DNA of 64,000 nucleotides from a virus: UHGV virus genome UHGV-1366603; one strand, 5' to 3'. Shown piece by piece: positions 54,260 to 64,000 of this stretch (position 1 is its first letter; each line of letters starts with the position of its first letter). The notes under the pieces were generated by a model. It saw only the letters and a program-made list of their open reading frames with translations, ran no database searches and was not told where the DNA came from. The position numbers and the translations under genes were made by a program.

Positions 54260-55459
54260 TTATTTTGTACCCGCTTCCGCCTGTACGTCATCACGAGACG
54301 TCAGGTTAGCGTTAACGTGTACTGGGGCCTGAACCACACCACCGTATCTCTTGTGGAGATAACCGCTGTGCGGGTTATCTGCCGCGATGTGGTTTTGTAG
54401 GTTCTGGTTCGCTTGACTGATTGCGTTCGTGTTATTGTTAACTTGCTGTTTAAGCGCATCCAGGTTCTGTTGTACCTGATCGATTTTCTGATCGGTTTCT
54501 TGACCCTGTTGCTCTAACGCGGCAACACGCTGAATAACCTGATTCAGTTTTGTGTTTAAATCGTTGATGCTCTTTTGCAGTTGTAACACTAACGAGTTCA
54601 GGTTCGCTAACGCTAATGCCATTTTCTGGTAGTTTTGAGCAACCACGTTAAGTTGGTCGTTCCACGCTTCCAGAGAGTTGACAACAGCGTCAATACGCTT
54701 ACCTAAAGCTTCGTCCGCTTTCTTCAGTGCATTGATTTCCGTAATCGTTGCGTCGATAGCAGACTGGACGTCACGGATAAGCGCACGGATTTCAGTTTCC
54801 GTTAACCCGTTAACCTGATGGATATCAAGATGGTGAACGTTACCGGTTGAGTTAATGTGTGCATTTAAAGCGTCTAAGAAGTCATTTTTCAGGCTTTCTA
54901 AAATCGCTTTAATGTTCTCTAACTGTACTGCGTCACCAGAACTAATAGCATCTTTAATACCCGCCAATACGGTAATGATATATTCAAAACCGTAGATGTC
55001 ACCCACGTCTTTATACGTCGGTGCAGACGGGAATGTATCCGGTACGTTACGCAAGTCTTTAAACGCAATCGTACGGTTATCGAGGTTTAATTCAGCAATC
55101 GCCTGTTCGATAGCCACGATGTTCGCAGACTGTGGGCCACCAACGACCTGCGCAGATACTGTAATATCTGTTGGAATCGCTGTGTTAGTGACCACCACCG
55201 CCATAACAATCTCGCGGTTTTTAGTCAGCTTTTCATAAGTCGGGTGTGCAAAAATCAACTCATAATCGGTACCACGTTCGTAGGTTGCATCCGGTCGGTT
55301 AGCAACGCGTAAACGGAACGTGTCCGCAAAGAACGGGCCGTCAGGAAAAGCAAAAGCACGGTTTACTTTACCTGTACCTAACGTAATCTGACGCTCCACA
55401 GCGTTAGACGTTAGCGAGCCCGTTAAATCTAAAGGATATTGATAAACAATGGAGGCCAT
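54260..55459 (-). CDS. coiled-coil fibrous protein (399 aa), tail-fibre-like
   Basis: ATG at 55459 with AAGGAGA upstream (track start 55465 is a GTG); N-terminal AFPDGPFFADTFRLRV...TDYELIF resembles the 1727-aa protein N-terminus (VIPPEGPFYRIGLKL...LDYYLGYYF) and the P2 gpH-type N-terminal region; long heptad-like Gln/Asn/Leu-rich segment. Confidence 0.7.
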   Translation of the reverse strand: MASIVYQYPLDLTGSLTSNAVERQITLGTGKVNRAFAFPDGPFFADTFRLRVANRPDATYERGTDYELIFAHPTYEKLTKNREIVMAVVVTNTAIPTDITVSAQVVGGPQSANIVAIEQAIAELNLDNRTIAFKDLRNVPDTFPSAPTYKDVGDIYGFEYIITVLAGIKDAISSGDAVQLENIKAILESLKNDFLDALNAHINSTGNVHHLDIHQVNGLTETEIRALIRDVQSAIDATITEINALKKADEALGKRIDAVVNSLEAWNDQLNVVAQNYQKMALALANLNSLVLQLQKSINDLNTKLNQVIQRVAALEQQGQETDQKIDQVQQNLDALKQQVNNNTNAISQANQNLQNHIAADNPHSGYLHKRYGGVVQAPVHVNANLTSRDDVQAEAGTK

Positions 55460-55499
55460 GGCCACTCTCCTTTATTCGAGACGTCCTTGTCCCGAGTCA

Positions 55500-58400
55500 T
55501 TAAGATGTAAACATAAGATTGAACTGGAGTTTGTCGATATCGCGAGTTTCTGCCGGATTCACGGCATCGTACGCGGTCGCTACGTAAACGGTTAGCGTGC
55601 CGTTAGCGTAAGACGATTTCACCGGTGGGTTAGTTCCGGTCTGACCATCTCGCACAATGAGTGTAGGTTCACTTGGGAGATTATCAAACTGACCCTTGAC
55701 CGCTTTATACACCAAACCAGATTGCGCAGACAGTTCACTGTCCGTAAAGACAAAGAACGGTGTGTCGATATCTGCCTGTTTAATCGTGGTACCGGTCTCG
55801 ACGTCAATCAACTGTACCGCCCCAAACTTCGTACGATAACTTTCATACTCGTTCTTCGGAATAACGAACGTGACGTGAACGCGAACCTCCTCGGCAGGTT
55901 TAAACCCAGCGTGCTCTTTTTCCAGGTACTGGTTGGCGGTTAACGTTACCGTTTGTTCAGTCATCGTACCACCGGCCTGGTTTATTGCATACCGAGCTTC
56001 AACAATACCGGTTGGTGCAGCAAGTCGCAGTTTCAAAGCACGATTCGCCGTTCCTGGATTACCTGGCACCTGAACGCGCAAACTCAATGCTAGGTAAGCA
56101 TACGTTCCGGTAGTCGGTTTCGTATACGCACCAATCCATTTCATGTTCGCAGACGCTGCCTGCGTGTTTTCAGAAGCAGTGGCTGTCGCAATGTTGGCGG
56201 CTACCGCTTTCTGCCAGAATTGGTCAGCGCAGTTCTCATACGCTACCCTGGCCACGCTCTTATAACCCGAGTAAGTTTCCTGAATTGGTAACTTAGGACG
56301 CGTCGTAATACCAGACAGTGAACCCCATTTTTGACCGTCAACATACCCTTCACCTTTCGTCGCAGACGCCGTAGGTGCTTTAACGGGTTTGTTAACCAGC
56401 GTTAATAGAGGACCGGTCTTTCTGTCAAACGCTGCTGCTACATCGTGTTGGTCGATAATTGCCGCGTGGTCTTCCAGCTCTTTCACACGACCCAAACGTT
56501 TTACTTTGTCGATACTGATATCGGTAATACGGCTGGAATCGGTGGTTACCGTCCCGACGAACAGTCTTGTTGAAGTATCAGCTAACTGCTCCAAACCGAT
56601 ACGGTATTGCGCAGTAGAACCTGACACCTCAGCGTGCACGTAGAACGTTTGGTTAGCGTGATTGGACGGGAACTCGCTGCTTAAATCCACAGACCACGTT
56701 GGAAGTGTGTAACTGCTGCTACCGAAGTCTAACTTGACTTCTTCTGTCAAATACAGAATCCAGCCTTCTGCTGTCTCCACACCGGCAATAATAACAGCCT
56801 GACCTCCGGTTGAGAACGTCGTGTCGTTAACGAACTCTGCGGCTGTATACGCGTTACCTGAACAGAAAACACGGTCAGCTTTAGAGTAAATCAACGCCAT
56901 CTTGTCCCAATTACCGGCACCCATATAGCACCCAGATTCTGGGTTATGTGCAGGGGCCATCTGTCGTAACTGTGACTTACCAGGAACGCGAGACCAACCT
57001 GAACCTGGGTCGTAGGTATACTTCGCGGCGTAACCTAGTGCATTTAAGTCCCCGATATTTCGGATAGTTAACGTATAAGGTAGCCAAATACCGAAGTTTA
57101 CACCGTCGGCAGAAGCAAAAATTGGCTGACCGACACGTCGTGTTTTATTACCCGCTTCTTCCCTCAGAGACTGATAACTTAAACCATAATCGAGGTCTAA
57201 GAACCAGTCCACCAACTTAAAGGTGGCTGAGTTGAAACGTAAGTAGCCGTTCTCTTTAGATGGACTCACCATGAAGTAATAGATGTCAAGAATTCGACGT
57301 CCGTTACTTGAGGTTTTCATGCACGAAACTTGCAACAAGTCAAATTCGCACACGGTGTTGATACCCAACATCCAAAGAGCAAACAATGCATTACCGGTTT
57401 GATGGGCAGCGCTAATACGTTCATTCGCGTAACCATTTGCTTGACCAGATGGCGCACCGTCAACGATCATCCGAATCATTTTCTGGCGATCGGCTTCTTC
57501 TAGCGTTAAGCGTTCGGAAGACAATGCGAAATTACCGTAGATGTTACGATACGGGAACGTTTCTGCTTTGGTCAAATACCAACCGTTTAACTGCCCGTGA
57601 CGCTCCTCAGGAGTCATGCACGCAGCCATACAGCTAAGCTGCTCGTAAAGCGTTGCATCGACTTCACGACGGTTGTTGTTCGGACCGTATCCGCTATAAC
57701 CCGGAACATCGTAAGGTTTGTTCGGATCAACTTCTACTTCGATGGTGTAACGGTTACGTGGGTTAGACAACCACACTTTGTTCGAACCACCAATTCCGAC
57801 AGGATGGGAAAGACCGATGGTATAAATAGAACCGCGACCTTTATCCCAGGTAAACGTTCCTTCGCCCGAGGTGTTGTTTGGGTTATCGTAACGCAGATAG
57901 TCGAAAAGCTCTTTGCCTTGTGTTCCTTTAATAGAAACGTTCGTCATCTGGTCCGCATCGTTAATCTGCCAACAGGAAAGCATCATTCCTGTACCGTTGG
58001 GTTTAGCATACGTCGCGAAACAACGGTTGTTTGCCTGGCCACCACCCCACTTACGACTGGTTTCTACAGTTGAGCCATCCGCGAACGAGAGTGTAGTAGC
58101 ATCAGCCTTGATGGGGAAGCGTTCGCGGCCTTCTAACGTAACCTTGCCCGTCAACGTATCGATTGTGAAACTTGTTGCCCATTGACGGAAATTAATCGTC
58201 GAACCGTCTGCCGCCGCAAACCACACAGTGGGCACATGGTTCACACGAATCACGCTATCGCGTACAGCACACGCGTGGTTACATTCTGGACCGTGAACAA
58301 AGTTACGTCCGATCGTCCATTTAGCACGACCCTCCGGTGTGAGATATGTAAAGAATTGACCAGTCTGCGACTCTTCGGTCTTCTGACCAATTCGTAAACA

Positions 58401-60683
58401 GAGGTTATCCCCGAATTGTCCCATCTCCCCGTTTAGGGTTACACGTTCAAATTCTAACGTAGTGTTAGTAGACAAATCGGCTTTACGTAATCGCCATGCT
58501 GCAACAGCGTAAGCAGAGTTATTTACCGTAGAGCGGAGAAGATAAACGTAGTCATCAACCAACACAACATCATCGGTTTCTGGCCACGGATTCCAGGTTT
58601 GTTCCGTAGTACCGCTGGGGTTGCCGTTACGGTACACAGGCATCGTAACGCGGCATACCACCGTGTGCTTAGTGTGGTCCATCGAGCCATTAAACAGTAC
58701 CAAATAACGGTTATTATCAGAACCCAGGCAAATAATCGCTTCCTGGCCGCCGATCAATATCGCTTTTAGGGTCACTCCAGGATATTTACTCATCCCGGCA
58801 GGGTGATATTTCACTGAGGTCTGCTGCGGATTTACAAACGCGTTTGACGTGTTAATGTCCGCGTAGCCGTAATAAATAGCTTCTGTACCCGGTACGCCAT
58901 TAGAACCGTTACGTAGCGAATAAACCTTACCCTGCTGATGCCCAACAACCCCTTTCTGGTAGGACTGGTTTTTGGTGTAGCCTGCGTAGTTACCTAACGC
59001 TGGGATAGGTAAGAAGTTCTTGTTACCGAATTTCGCACCGCCTACCGTCCACGCCGGTAAGATGGTATTCAGTTTATCAGAGACCTTCTTAATCTCTTTT
59101 GCGAACAACCACCCTTGACGTGACGTGACAGCTTTATCATTAGTGGTGTCAATCGCATCCCACAGCTGTAAGATACCGTCAACCGTTGCACTACCAATTG
59201 GGACGTTATCCAAGTCAGCAGTGGTGTGGGTGTGCGTTTTCAAACTCTTGTTTTTCAACACGTTCGTTAACGCTTTTGTCACCGGCTTAGCACTCGGTAT
59301 GGTGTTATCCATCTTATCGATACCGAAATCGGTTTTCGTTAAGGTTAACACCATCTTGTCGCCCGTCTTAACAAACCCTTTACCGTTAACGGTATAGTCA
59401 TCGTCAACGTACAAGTCCAAACGGTCTTTTAATTCTGTTACAGCTTTCTGGGAGATGGCAGTACCTAACGCCGCAGACGTAGAGATATTCGTAATCGAGA
59501 ACAGCCCGTAAACCGATTCGGACGCTGTGGGAATATTCGCGTTTAACGTGACCGGGTTAGTCTGTTTTGCGGTACCGTACGGTTTTACGGTGTCTGACGC
59601 TTTGAAATACGCGTTTGCTTCAAGCAACGTTACTGACGTCAGATACATGTTCACCATTTCCGGTGTGACCAGATACACGGAGTTATAAACTGGCGCTAAT
59701 ACATCCTGTTCTGACCCCGAGTGAACCCAAAGCGTATTCAGACCCGCACTGAATTCAACCGCTAAACCCGATTCATTGTTGTCCTGGTCTGCTTTAATCA
59801 CCAACGGTTGTGGCGAGGTAATTAACCACTTATCGCCACGAATACTGATGATGTGGCCACCTGACGTTTTAAACGTTAATTCATTACCGTTCGTGGTACC
59901 CCATCGACCGTAAACGGTGCCGAGGGCTTCACCCATTAACTGGTCAACATCAGATTGTTCGATACCCGCTGAACCCATCAGCGTGGCCAATTCGTCAATC
60001 GTTAACCCAAACGCTTTAGTAGCGTCAACCGCACGTCCTAATACGGGGAGCGCAGCAACGTCGTCAGTGGTATAGTGATGCGCGTTAGGGTTACGGTGAT
60101 GCTGGTATAATTCTTCGTCGAAAACCTTTTTCCCGTTCTCGTAAATCAGGTTAGTGACTTCACTGAACGCAGCATCTAATTCCGTAGAACGTTTGATGAT
60201 TTTCTTACGAATGTCTTCTAACGCCTTAACGACCTCATCCATCAGAATCGCTTCTTCTAAGTTAGCAGGCGGGTCGATAGGCTGGATAACCGGCGCATAC
60301 GCCATTAGTTCAGACCAGTCCACGTTACGTGGGTCTTTCAGGTCAGTGCGAACTAAGAACTTCCCGATTTCAGATTGCGGTACACGGTATTGACGTGCTA
60401 CCCCTAAAATCTCATATTCGATTTCTGTTGCGGTAAGCAACATAAACCCGCCGTAAATCTGATCTTGCTCAGCTTCTGCGAGTTCTTTAAAGTAATAGCC
60501 TAAATAGTAGTCCAACCCCTCAATCAGAGTACGACGTCCGTTAGGCGCGGTATCGTCGGCTACTGTGAGTTTTAATCCGATACGATAAAAAGGTCCTTCA
60601 GGCGGAATGACCACGTTAAATCGGTTAGGGTACGTTGCTGTGCTTAGCGTACCGTTAAACTGCGCCGCGTCTTCTCTCGGCAT
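55500..60683 (-). CDS. giant virion structural protein (1727 aa), tail fibre/baseplate-associated
   Basis: ATG at 60681-60683 with TAGGAG RBS; fibre-type N-terminal motif; no catalytic motifs recognised. Confidence 0.75.
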   Translation of the reverse strand: MPREDAAQFNGTLSTATYPNRFNVVIPPEGPFYRIGLKLTVADDTAPNGRRTLIEGLDYYLGYYFKELAEAEQDQIYGGFMLLTATEIEYEILGVARQYRVPQSEIGKFLVRTDLKDPRNVDWSELMAYAPVIQPIDPPANLEEAILMDEVVKALEDIRKKIIKRSTELDAAFSEVTNLIYENGKKVFDEELYQHHRNPNAHHYTTDDVAALPVLGRAVDATKAFGLTIDELATLMGSAGIEQSDVDQLMGEALGTVYGRWGTTNGNELTFKTSGGHIISIRGDKWLITSPQPLVIKADQDNNESGLAVEFSAGLNTLWVHSGSEQDVLAPVYNSVYLVTPEMVNMYLTSVTLLEANAYFKASDTVKPYGTAKQTNPVTLNANIPTASESVYGLFSITNISTSAALGTAISQKAVTELKDRLDLYVDDDYTVNGKGFVKTGDKMVLTLTKTDFGIDKMDNTIPSAKPVTKALTNVLKNKSLKTHTHTTADLDNVPIGSATVDGILQLWDAIDTTNDKAVTSRQGWLFAKEIKKVSDKLNTILPAWTVGGAKFGNKNFLPIPALGNYAGYTKNQSYQKGVVGHQQGKVYSLRNGSNGVPGTEAIYYGYADINTSNAFVNPQQTSVKYHPAGMSKYPGVTLKAILIGGQEAIICLGSDNNRYLVLFNGSMDHTKHTVVCRVTMPVYRNGNPSGTTEQTWNPWPETDDVVLVDDYVYLLRSTVNNSAYAVAAWRLRKADLSTNTTLEFERVTLNGEMGQFGDNLCLRIGQKTEESQTGQFFTYLTPEGRAKWTIGRNFVHGPECNHACAVRDSVIRVNHVPTVWFAAADGSTINFRQWATSFTIDTLTGKVTLEGRERFPIKADATTLSFADGSTVETSRKWGGGQANNRCFATYAKPNGTGMMLSCWQINDADQMTNVSIKGTQGKELFDYLRYDNPNNTSGEGTFTWDKGRGSIYTIGLSHPVGIGGSNKVWLSNPRNRYTIEVEVDPNKPYDVPGYSGYGPNNNRREVDATLYEQLSCMAACMTPEERHGQLNGWYLTKAETFPYRNIYGNFALSSERLTLEEADRQKMIRMIVDGAPSGQANGYANERISAAHQTGNALFALWMLGINTVCEFDLLQVSCMKTSSNGRRILDIYYFMVSPSKENGYLRFNSATFKLVDWFLDLDYGLSYQSLREEAGNKTRRVGQPIFASADGVNFGIWLPYTLTIRNIGDLNALGYAAKYTYDPGSGWSRVPGKSQLRQMAPAHNPESGCYMGAGNWDKMALIYSKADRVFCSGNAYTAAEFVNDTTFSTGGQAVIIAGVETAEGWILYLTEEVKLDFGSSSYTLPTWSVDLSSEFPSNHANQTFYVHAEVSGSTAQYRIGLEQLADTSTRLFVGTVTTDSSRITDISIDKVKRLGRVKELEDHAAIIDQHDVAAAFDRKTGPLLTLVNKPVKAPTASATKGEGYVDGQKWGSLSGITTRPKLPIQETYSGYKSVARVAYENCADQFWQKAVAANIATATASENTQAASANMKWIGAYTKPTTGTYAYLALSLRVQVPGNPGTANRALKLRLAAPTGIVEARYAINQAGGTMTEQTVTLTANQYLEKEHAGFKPAEEVRVHVTFVIPKNEYESYRTKFGAVQLIDVETGTTIKQADIDTPFFVFTDSELSAQSGLVYKAVKGQFDNLPSEPTLIVRDGQTGTNPPVKSSYANGTLTVYVATAYDAVNPAETRDIDKLQFNLMFTS

Positions 60684-60716
60684 CGTAAAGACTCCTACTT
60701 TTAAATAAAATGGATA

Positions 60717-60740
60717 CCCCTCCCCATTACAGGGAGGGGT
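60717..60740 (-). terminator. hairpin/terminator between the 1057-aa and 1727-aa genes (minus strand)
   Basis: CCCCTCCC-loop-GGGAGGGG stem followed on the minus strand by a T-rich run, then the RBS of the 1727-aa gene. Confidence 0.55.
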
Positions 60741-60777
60741 TACCTACGGACACACAACTGCCCGCAGGCAGCCTGTC

Positions 60778-63700
60778 CTAAGTACGATCCCCTAACTGCT
60801 TCCCGTTAAGTTCTCGTTTCAGTACAGAAAGTATCCATTTCCACGCTTTACTCGTGATATGGTACGGATTGCGTTTCTCCATTAAGAACTGCTTTTCACC
60901 GCTACGCAGTTCGAAGCTCTGCGCATTAAGCTGATCCTGACGAGTGCTTTGCTCATCAGTCACTTCTAACGAACAGGTAAAGTTAAGCTCGTAACCTTCA
61001 GGATTATTACCCGGCGGGTCTAAGACAATATAGATGTCCTGACCTACACGTAAATCCGTTGGAGTGATGGTAATCGCTTTACCCACATCGGCGTTAGTCG
61101 ACAGAGCAAACTCTGCACTATCGGTAGACGCTAAGAATGGGTCTTTCCCTGCGTCACCGATAATCACCTTACCCGGCCAGTTACTTTTTATCGTTCCTGA
61201 CACTCTTGCAATTCGGTACTGTTGTTTATCAACACCTTGTGCAAAACGGAGAATGAGTTTGTGACGATAACGACTTGCAGCAGCCTTAGTCGTACTCCAC
61301 TCGTTGTTCCAGGAAGTATGCAGTTCGTTTTTCTTCGCCATCAGCGCACCGCGAGACAGCTTACGGTCAAAGAACTGCGCAGGTAACTGCCCATCGTGAG
61401 AAACCGCAACGCTTCCCTGACCAGTTGGTAAAGCAATGCTTTCCGTAACGCGGTATTTTTGACTAATCTCATAAGTCGCAGGGTCAATCACAGACTGACT
61501 ATAATCAGCGTCTTTGTTATCAGCCAAATACCCAACGGATGAATCCAGATACGACTCAAACAGCGAACGTAAGTAATGATACTTATCAATGTTGATGTTG
61601 TTCGTAACCGGATCAATCAGCGCATGGCTAATCGTTACTCGGCATTTCGCACTCAGTTCTTTAAACGACAACCCTATTCCGTCACCGGTAAAATAATCCA
61701 CTAAGTCGAACGGGAATTGAATTTCCAACTGACGTTGTTTAACTGTCGTCGTCCCAAACTGCGAGAACGACAACGCTAAACGTAACACACGCGTACTCAC
61801 GTTATAGCGATAACGAATCATGCCACGAGGCGCATGGTTTGCAGAGATTTTATCTCGGGCGGCACCCCAACCAATCAAATCGAGAATCGCGGGGTTGGTT
61901 TCTTCACCGTTGAACAACACGTCCTTAAACGTTGCGTCAATCGCTGTTTCCCCAGACTCTTCCATTACCAACGGAATGTCAGTAACGTCTGAAACCGAAC
62001 GGGAACCAATCCCCAACTTACACTCTTTGGCCGTCAGGTCAATACGTACGTAACGACGCTTAACACTCGCACCTTGCGTTGACGTACACAGCACCAAATC
62101 CGGTGCAGCAGTAAGCGCTTGCGCCCCACCGACGTCGTCAACATCGAATGCAAACGAGCCTTCGAAGGTCGGTGCGTTGTTTTCTTTCGGGTTAAACGGT
62201 GTAAACCAACAATACGGCGTAGCACCTTCAGGTATCACAACGTATTGAAGACTGGATTTCACGTTTTGGTTGTGTGCGTAAGTATAAAGACCGCGACTGA
62301 CAAGATGGAAAACATCACCTGTACCGGCTGTTAACGCTTTCCTAAAGATACACGCTCTTGGTTCGGCAACAGCACGGTTTAATAACGGCAACCGTGGGTT
62401 ATCCGTTAACGCCCAGTCCACAGAACTGAGTCCGTGTGCTTTACGCGTGGCGATGTGTCCACTAACCTCGGCACTTTTCCCGAAATCAAACGTGGTTTCG
62501 AACCCAACTGTTTTATTCGCGTAATTCTCACCAGCAACAATATCAACGTAACCGATATAGCCACGTTCAGGATCAACTGCGATGCTCTGAATCGGTTCAG
62601 CACGCGAATATAGAGAGCCTGTGAGCATGTTAACGTACAGATAGTGACGAATCCCTACGTGCGTGGTAACAAACTCCTGGAGAAGCTCTACGCGCGTTTC
62701 AGGGCCACTGAAGTAAACAGGGTAATTCCCATCGTAAACTTCAAACTGTACCGCTGCGGACTTAGCCGTATCGCTACACTCAGCTTTAACCGCTACTGTG
62801 TAGTTTTCAACGTCCGATGACGTTTCGTACACTGCAACGAGCGGAGACTCGCCTGACGCTGCCAGGACACCGTTAATGTAAACCGTAACCGGACCGCCGC
62901 CCGCAGCATAAACCCAGAGCTTCGGTTGGTACGCCCTTACACGCGTTTTTGCCAATACCGTAACCACTGACTGGTCACCCATCTGCGTGGCAGTTTTACC
63001 CACCGGGACAGACTGGAACCCCATCAACGGCGGTTCTTCAATACCTGTCCAGTTGATTCCCGTACCGTTACTCACCTTACCCGTAGGCCAGGTCAGTTCA
63101 AGCTGGTTGTTCGGTGAGAACCAGTTAAACATCGGGGTGGTTTGCAGGTCAATCGCACCAGTAACGGTGCTGTCGCCTTTCGTCCCGTCCAGCAAATAGA
63201 AATATTTCAAATCCTGAACGGAGATTGACGTACCCTGGCTATTAAAACGCCAGTCCGCACCTTTCACAGCAGCGAAGTCAGTTACCGTGCCTTCTTTCGC
63301 GTTTGCAATTGCCGCAGCGACCACATCTAAACGTGCTGAAAGCTCTTTTAGGATGTTCGGTACCACTGCACGGTTTTCAACTAAGCCGTTCTGGTTAGTT
63401 GCGTAACGACCAATACCGTAAATCGTCTGCGAGGCTTTATAAATGCCTAACTCTGACCAGTCGTGATGGTGCCCGACGTCTGCTAAACCACTAACCGAAG
63501 CATTCAGTGCGGTCGACAACGGTTTGTCGAGGTCTGCGGTGTTATCCGCTTGCCCTAATCCCAGGTCAGCTTTCGTGATTGTCCTGGAACCGTCGTTCAT
63601 CGGCTTACCGTTAATCATGGTCGTTTTAGTCACGTACCCTGATAAGTCGGTTGAATACGGCGTTAATGATGCAGGCGTTGCAGCAACCCCAACCGTTTCT

Positions 63701-63951
63701 GTGCCTTTACCGGTTTTAAGCTTAACAACACCTTTTTCAGCGGTGGACGCTTTCGTTGGGTCGATAGTCCCCACGATAGGATCGGCACGAGAGCCTTTAC
63801 CGGTAAAACTAATCCCGTTACGGCCTTCGATATACACTTTGGAGTCATCAGGATCGCTACCGCCACTCCCGCCAGCATCAGGGTCTTGCTGATACTCCAT
63901 CAGCGCTGTGGTGGTCAACAACGGGTTACCGTTCAGGGTGAGTTTGTTCAT
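60778..63951 (-). CDS. tail-fibre-like protein (1057 aa)
   Basis: EKGVVKLKTGKGTETVGVAATPASLTP parallels the RKGIVQLSSATNSTSETLAATPKAVK motif of lambda Stf / P2 gpH-type fibres; the frame stays open upstream of the ATG at 63951 to the window edge, so the true start may lie outside the window. Confidence 0.7.
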   Translation of the reverse strand: MNKLTLNGNPLLTTTALMEYQQDPDAGGSGGSDPDDSKVYIEGRNGISFTGKGSRADPIVGTIDPTKASTAEKGVVKLKTGKGTETVGVAATPASLTPYSTDLSGYVTKTTMINGKPMNDGSRTITKADLGLGQADNTADLDKPLSTALNASVSGLADVGHHHDWSELGIYKASQTIYGIGRYATNQNGLVENRAVVPNILKELSARLDVVAAAIANAKEGTVTDFAAVKGADWRFNSQGTSISVQDLKYFYLLDGTKGDSTVTGAIDLQTTPMFNWFSPNNQLELTWPTGKVSNGTGINWTGIEEPPLMGFQSVPVGKTATQMGDQSVVTVLAKTRVRAYQPKLWVYAAGGGPVTVYINGVLAASGESPLVAVYETSSDVENYTVAVKAECSDTAKSAAVQFEVYDGNYPVYFSGPETRVELLQEFVTTHVGIRHYLYVNMLTGSLYSRAEPIQSIAVDPERGYIGYVDIVAGENYANKTVGFETTFDFGKSAEVSGHIATRKAHGLSSVDWALTDNPRLPLLNRAVAEPRACIFRKALTAGTGDVFHLVSRGLYTYAHNQNVKSSLQYVVIPEGATPYCWFTPFNPKENNAPTFEGSFAFDVDDVGGAQALTAAPDLVLCTSTQGASVKRRYVRIDLTAKECKLGIGSRSVSDVTDIPLVMEESGETAIDATFKDVLFNGEETNPAILDLIGWGAARDKISANHAPRGMIRYRYNVSTRVLRLALSFSQFGTTTVKQRQLEIQFPFDLVDYFTGDGIGLSFKELSAKCRVTISHALIDPVTNNINIDKYHYLRSLFESYLDSSVGYLADNKDADYSQSVIDPATYEISQKYRVTESIALPTGQGSVAVSHDGQLPAQFFDRKLSRGALMAKKNELHTSWNNEWSTTKAAASRYRHKLILRFAQGVDKQQYRIARVSGTIKSNWPGKVIIGDAGKDPFLASTDSAEFALSTNADVGKAITITPTDLRVGQDIYIVLDPPGNNPEGYELNFTCSLEVTDEQSTRQDQLNAQSFELRSGEKQFLMEKRNPYHITSKAWKWILSVLKRELNGKQLGDRT

Positions 63952-64000
63952 CCCTAAAGCGTCGCCGGTTGACTCGATACGTAAGGTGTTTTTACCCGCA

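Noticed and set aside
55619..63892. Short plus-strand ORFs inside the 1727-aa and 1057-aa minus-strand genes
   Set aside because: Embedded antisense frames within long ORFs; no independent start signals.
1..64000. CRISPR arrays, tRNA genes, integrase or transposase/IS elements
   Set aside because: No regularly spaced direct repeats, no tRNA-like structures seen by eye, and no recombinase or transposase motifs in any ORF; consistent with a virulent phage segment, though a computational tRNA scan was not possible.

Overview
This 64-kb window reads as a segment of a large virulent tailed dsDNA phage of a Gram-negative (enterobacterial-type) host: about 80 tightly packed genes with frequent start/stop overlaps, Shine-Dalgarno sites, many intrinsic terminators, and no tRNA, CRISPR, integrase or transposase that I could see. 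Layout: one large minus-strand gene (139-2856); a long plus-strand block (2.9-25 kb) of mostly small genes including a RuvC-like resolvase, three GNAT-like acetyltransferases, a thymidylate-kinase-like protein, an HTH protein and an E. coli-type Dam methyltransferase; a plus-strand receptor-binding module (25-36 kb) with a P2 gpH / lambda Stf-like long tail fibre, glycine-rich tip proteins and paralogous anchor-motif genes; more small plus-strand genes (36-48.5 kb) ending in a lysis cassette (GH108-like endolysin, M15-like peptidase) and a lone reverse-strand lipoprotein; then a minus-strand block (48.6-64 kb) with further fibre-like giants (399, 1727 and 1057 aa). The standout is a terminator-bounded minus-strand operon (48590-54192) encoding three paralogous leader-plus-Cys-rich-repeat peptides followed by two radical SAM enzymes (one with a SPASM-type Cys cluster) and four unknown proteins. 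I read this as a candidate phage-encoded RiPP-like peptide-modification system. All functional calls come from motifs read by eye; no database search, HMM or structure prediction was run.
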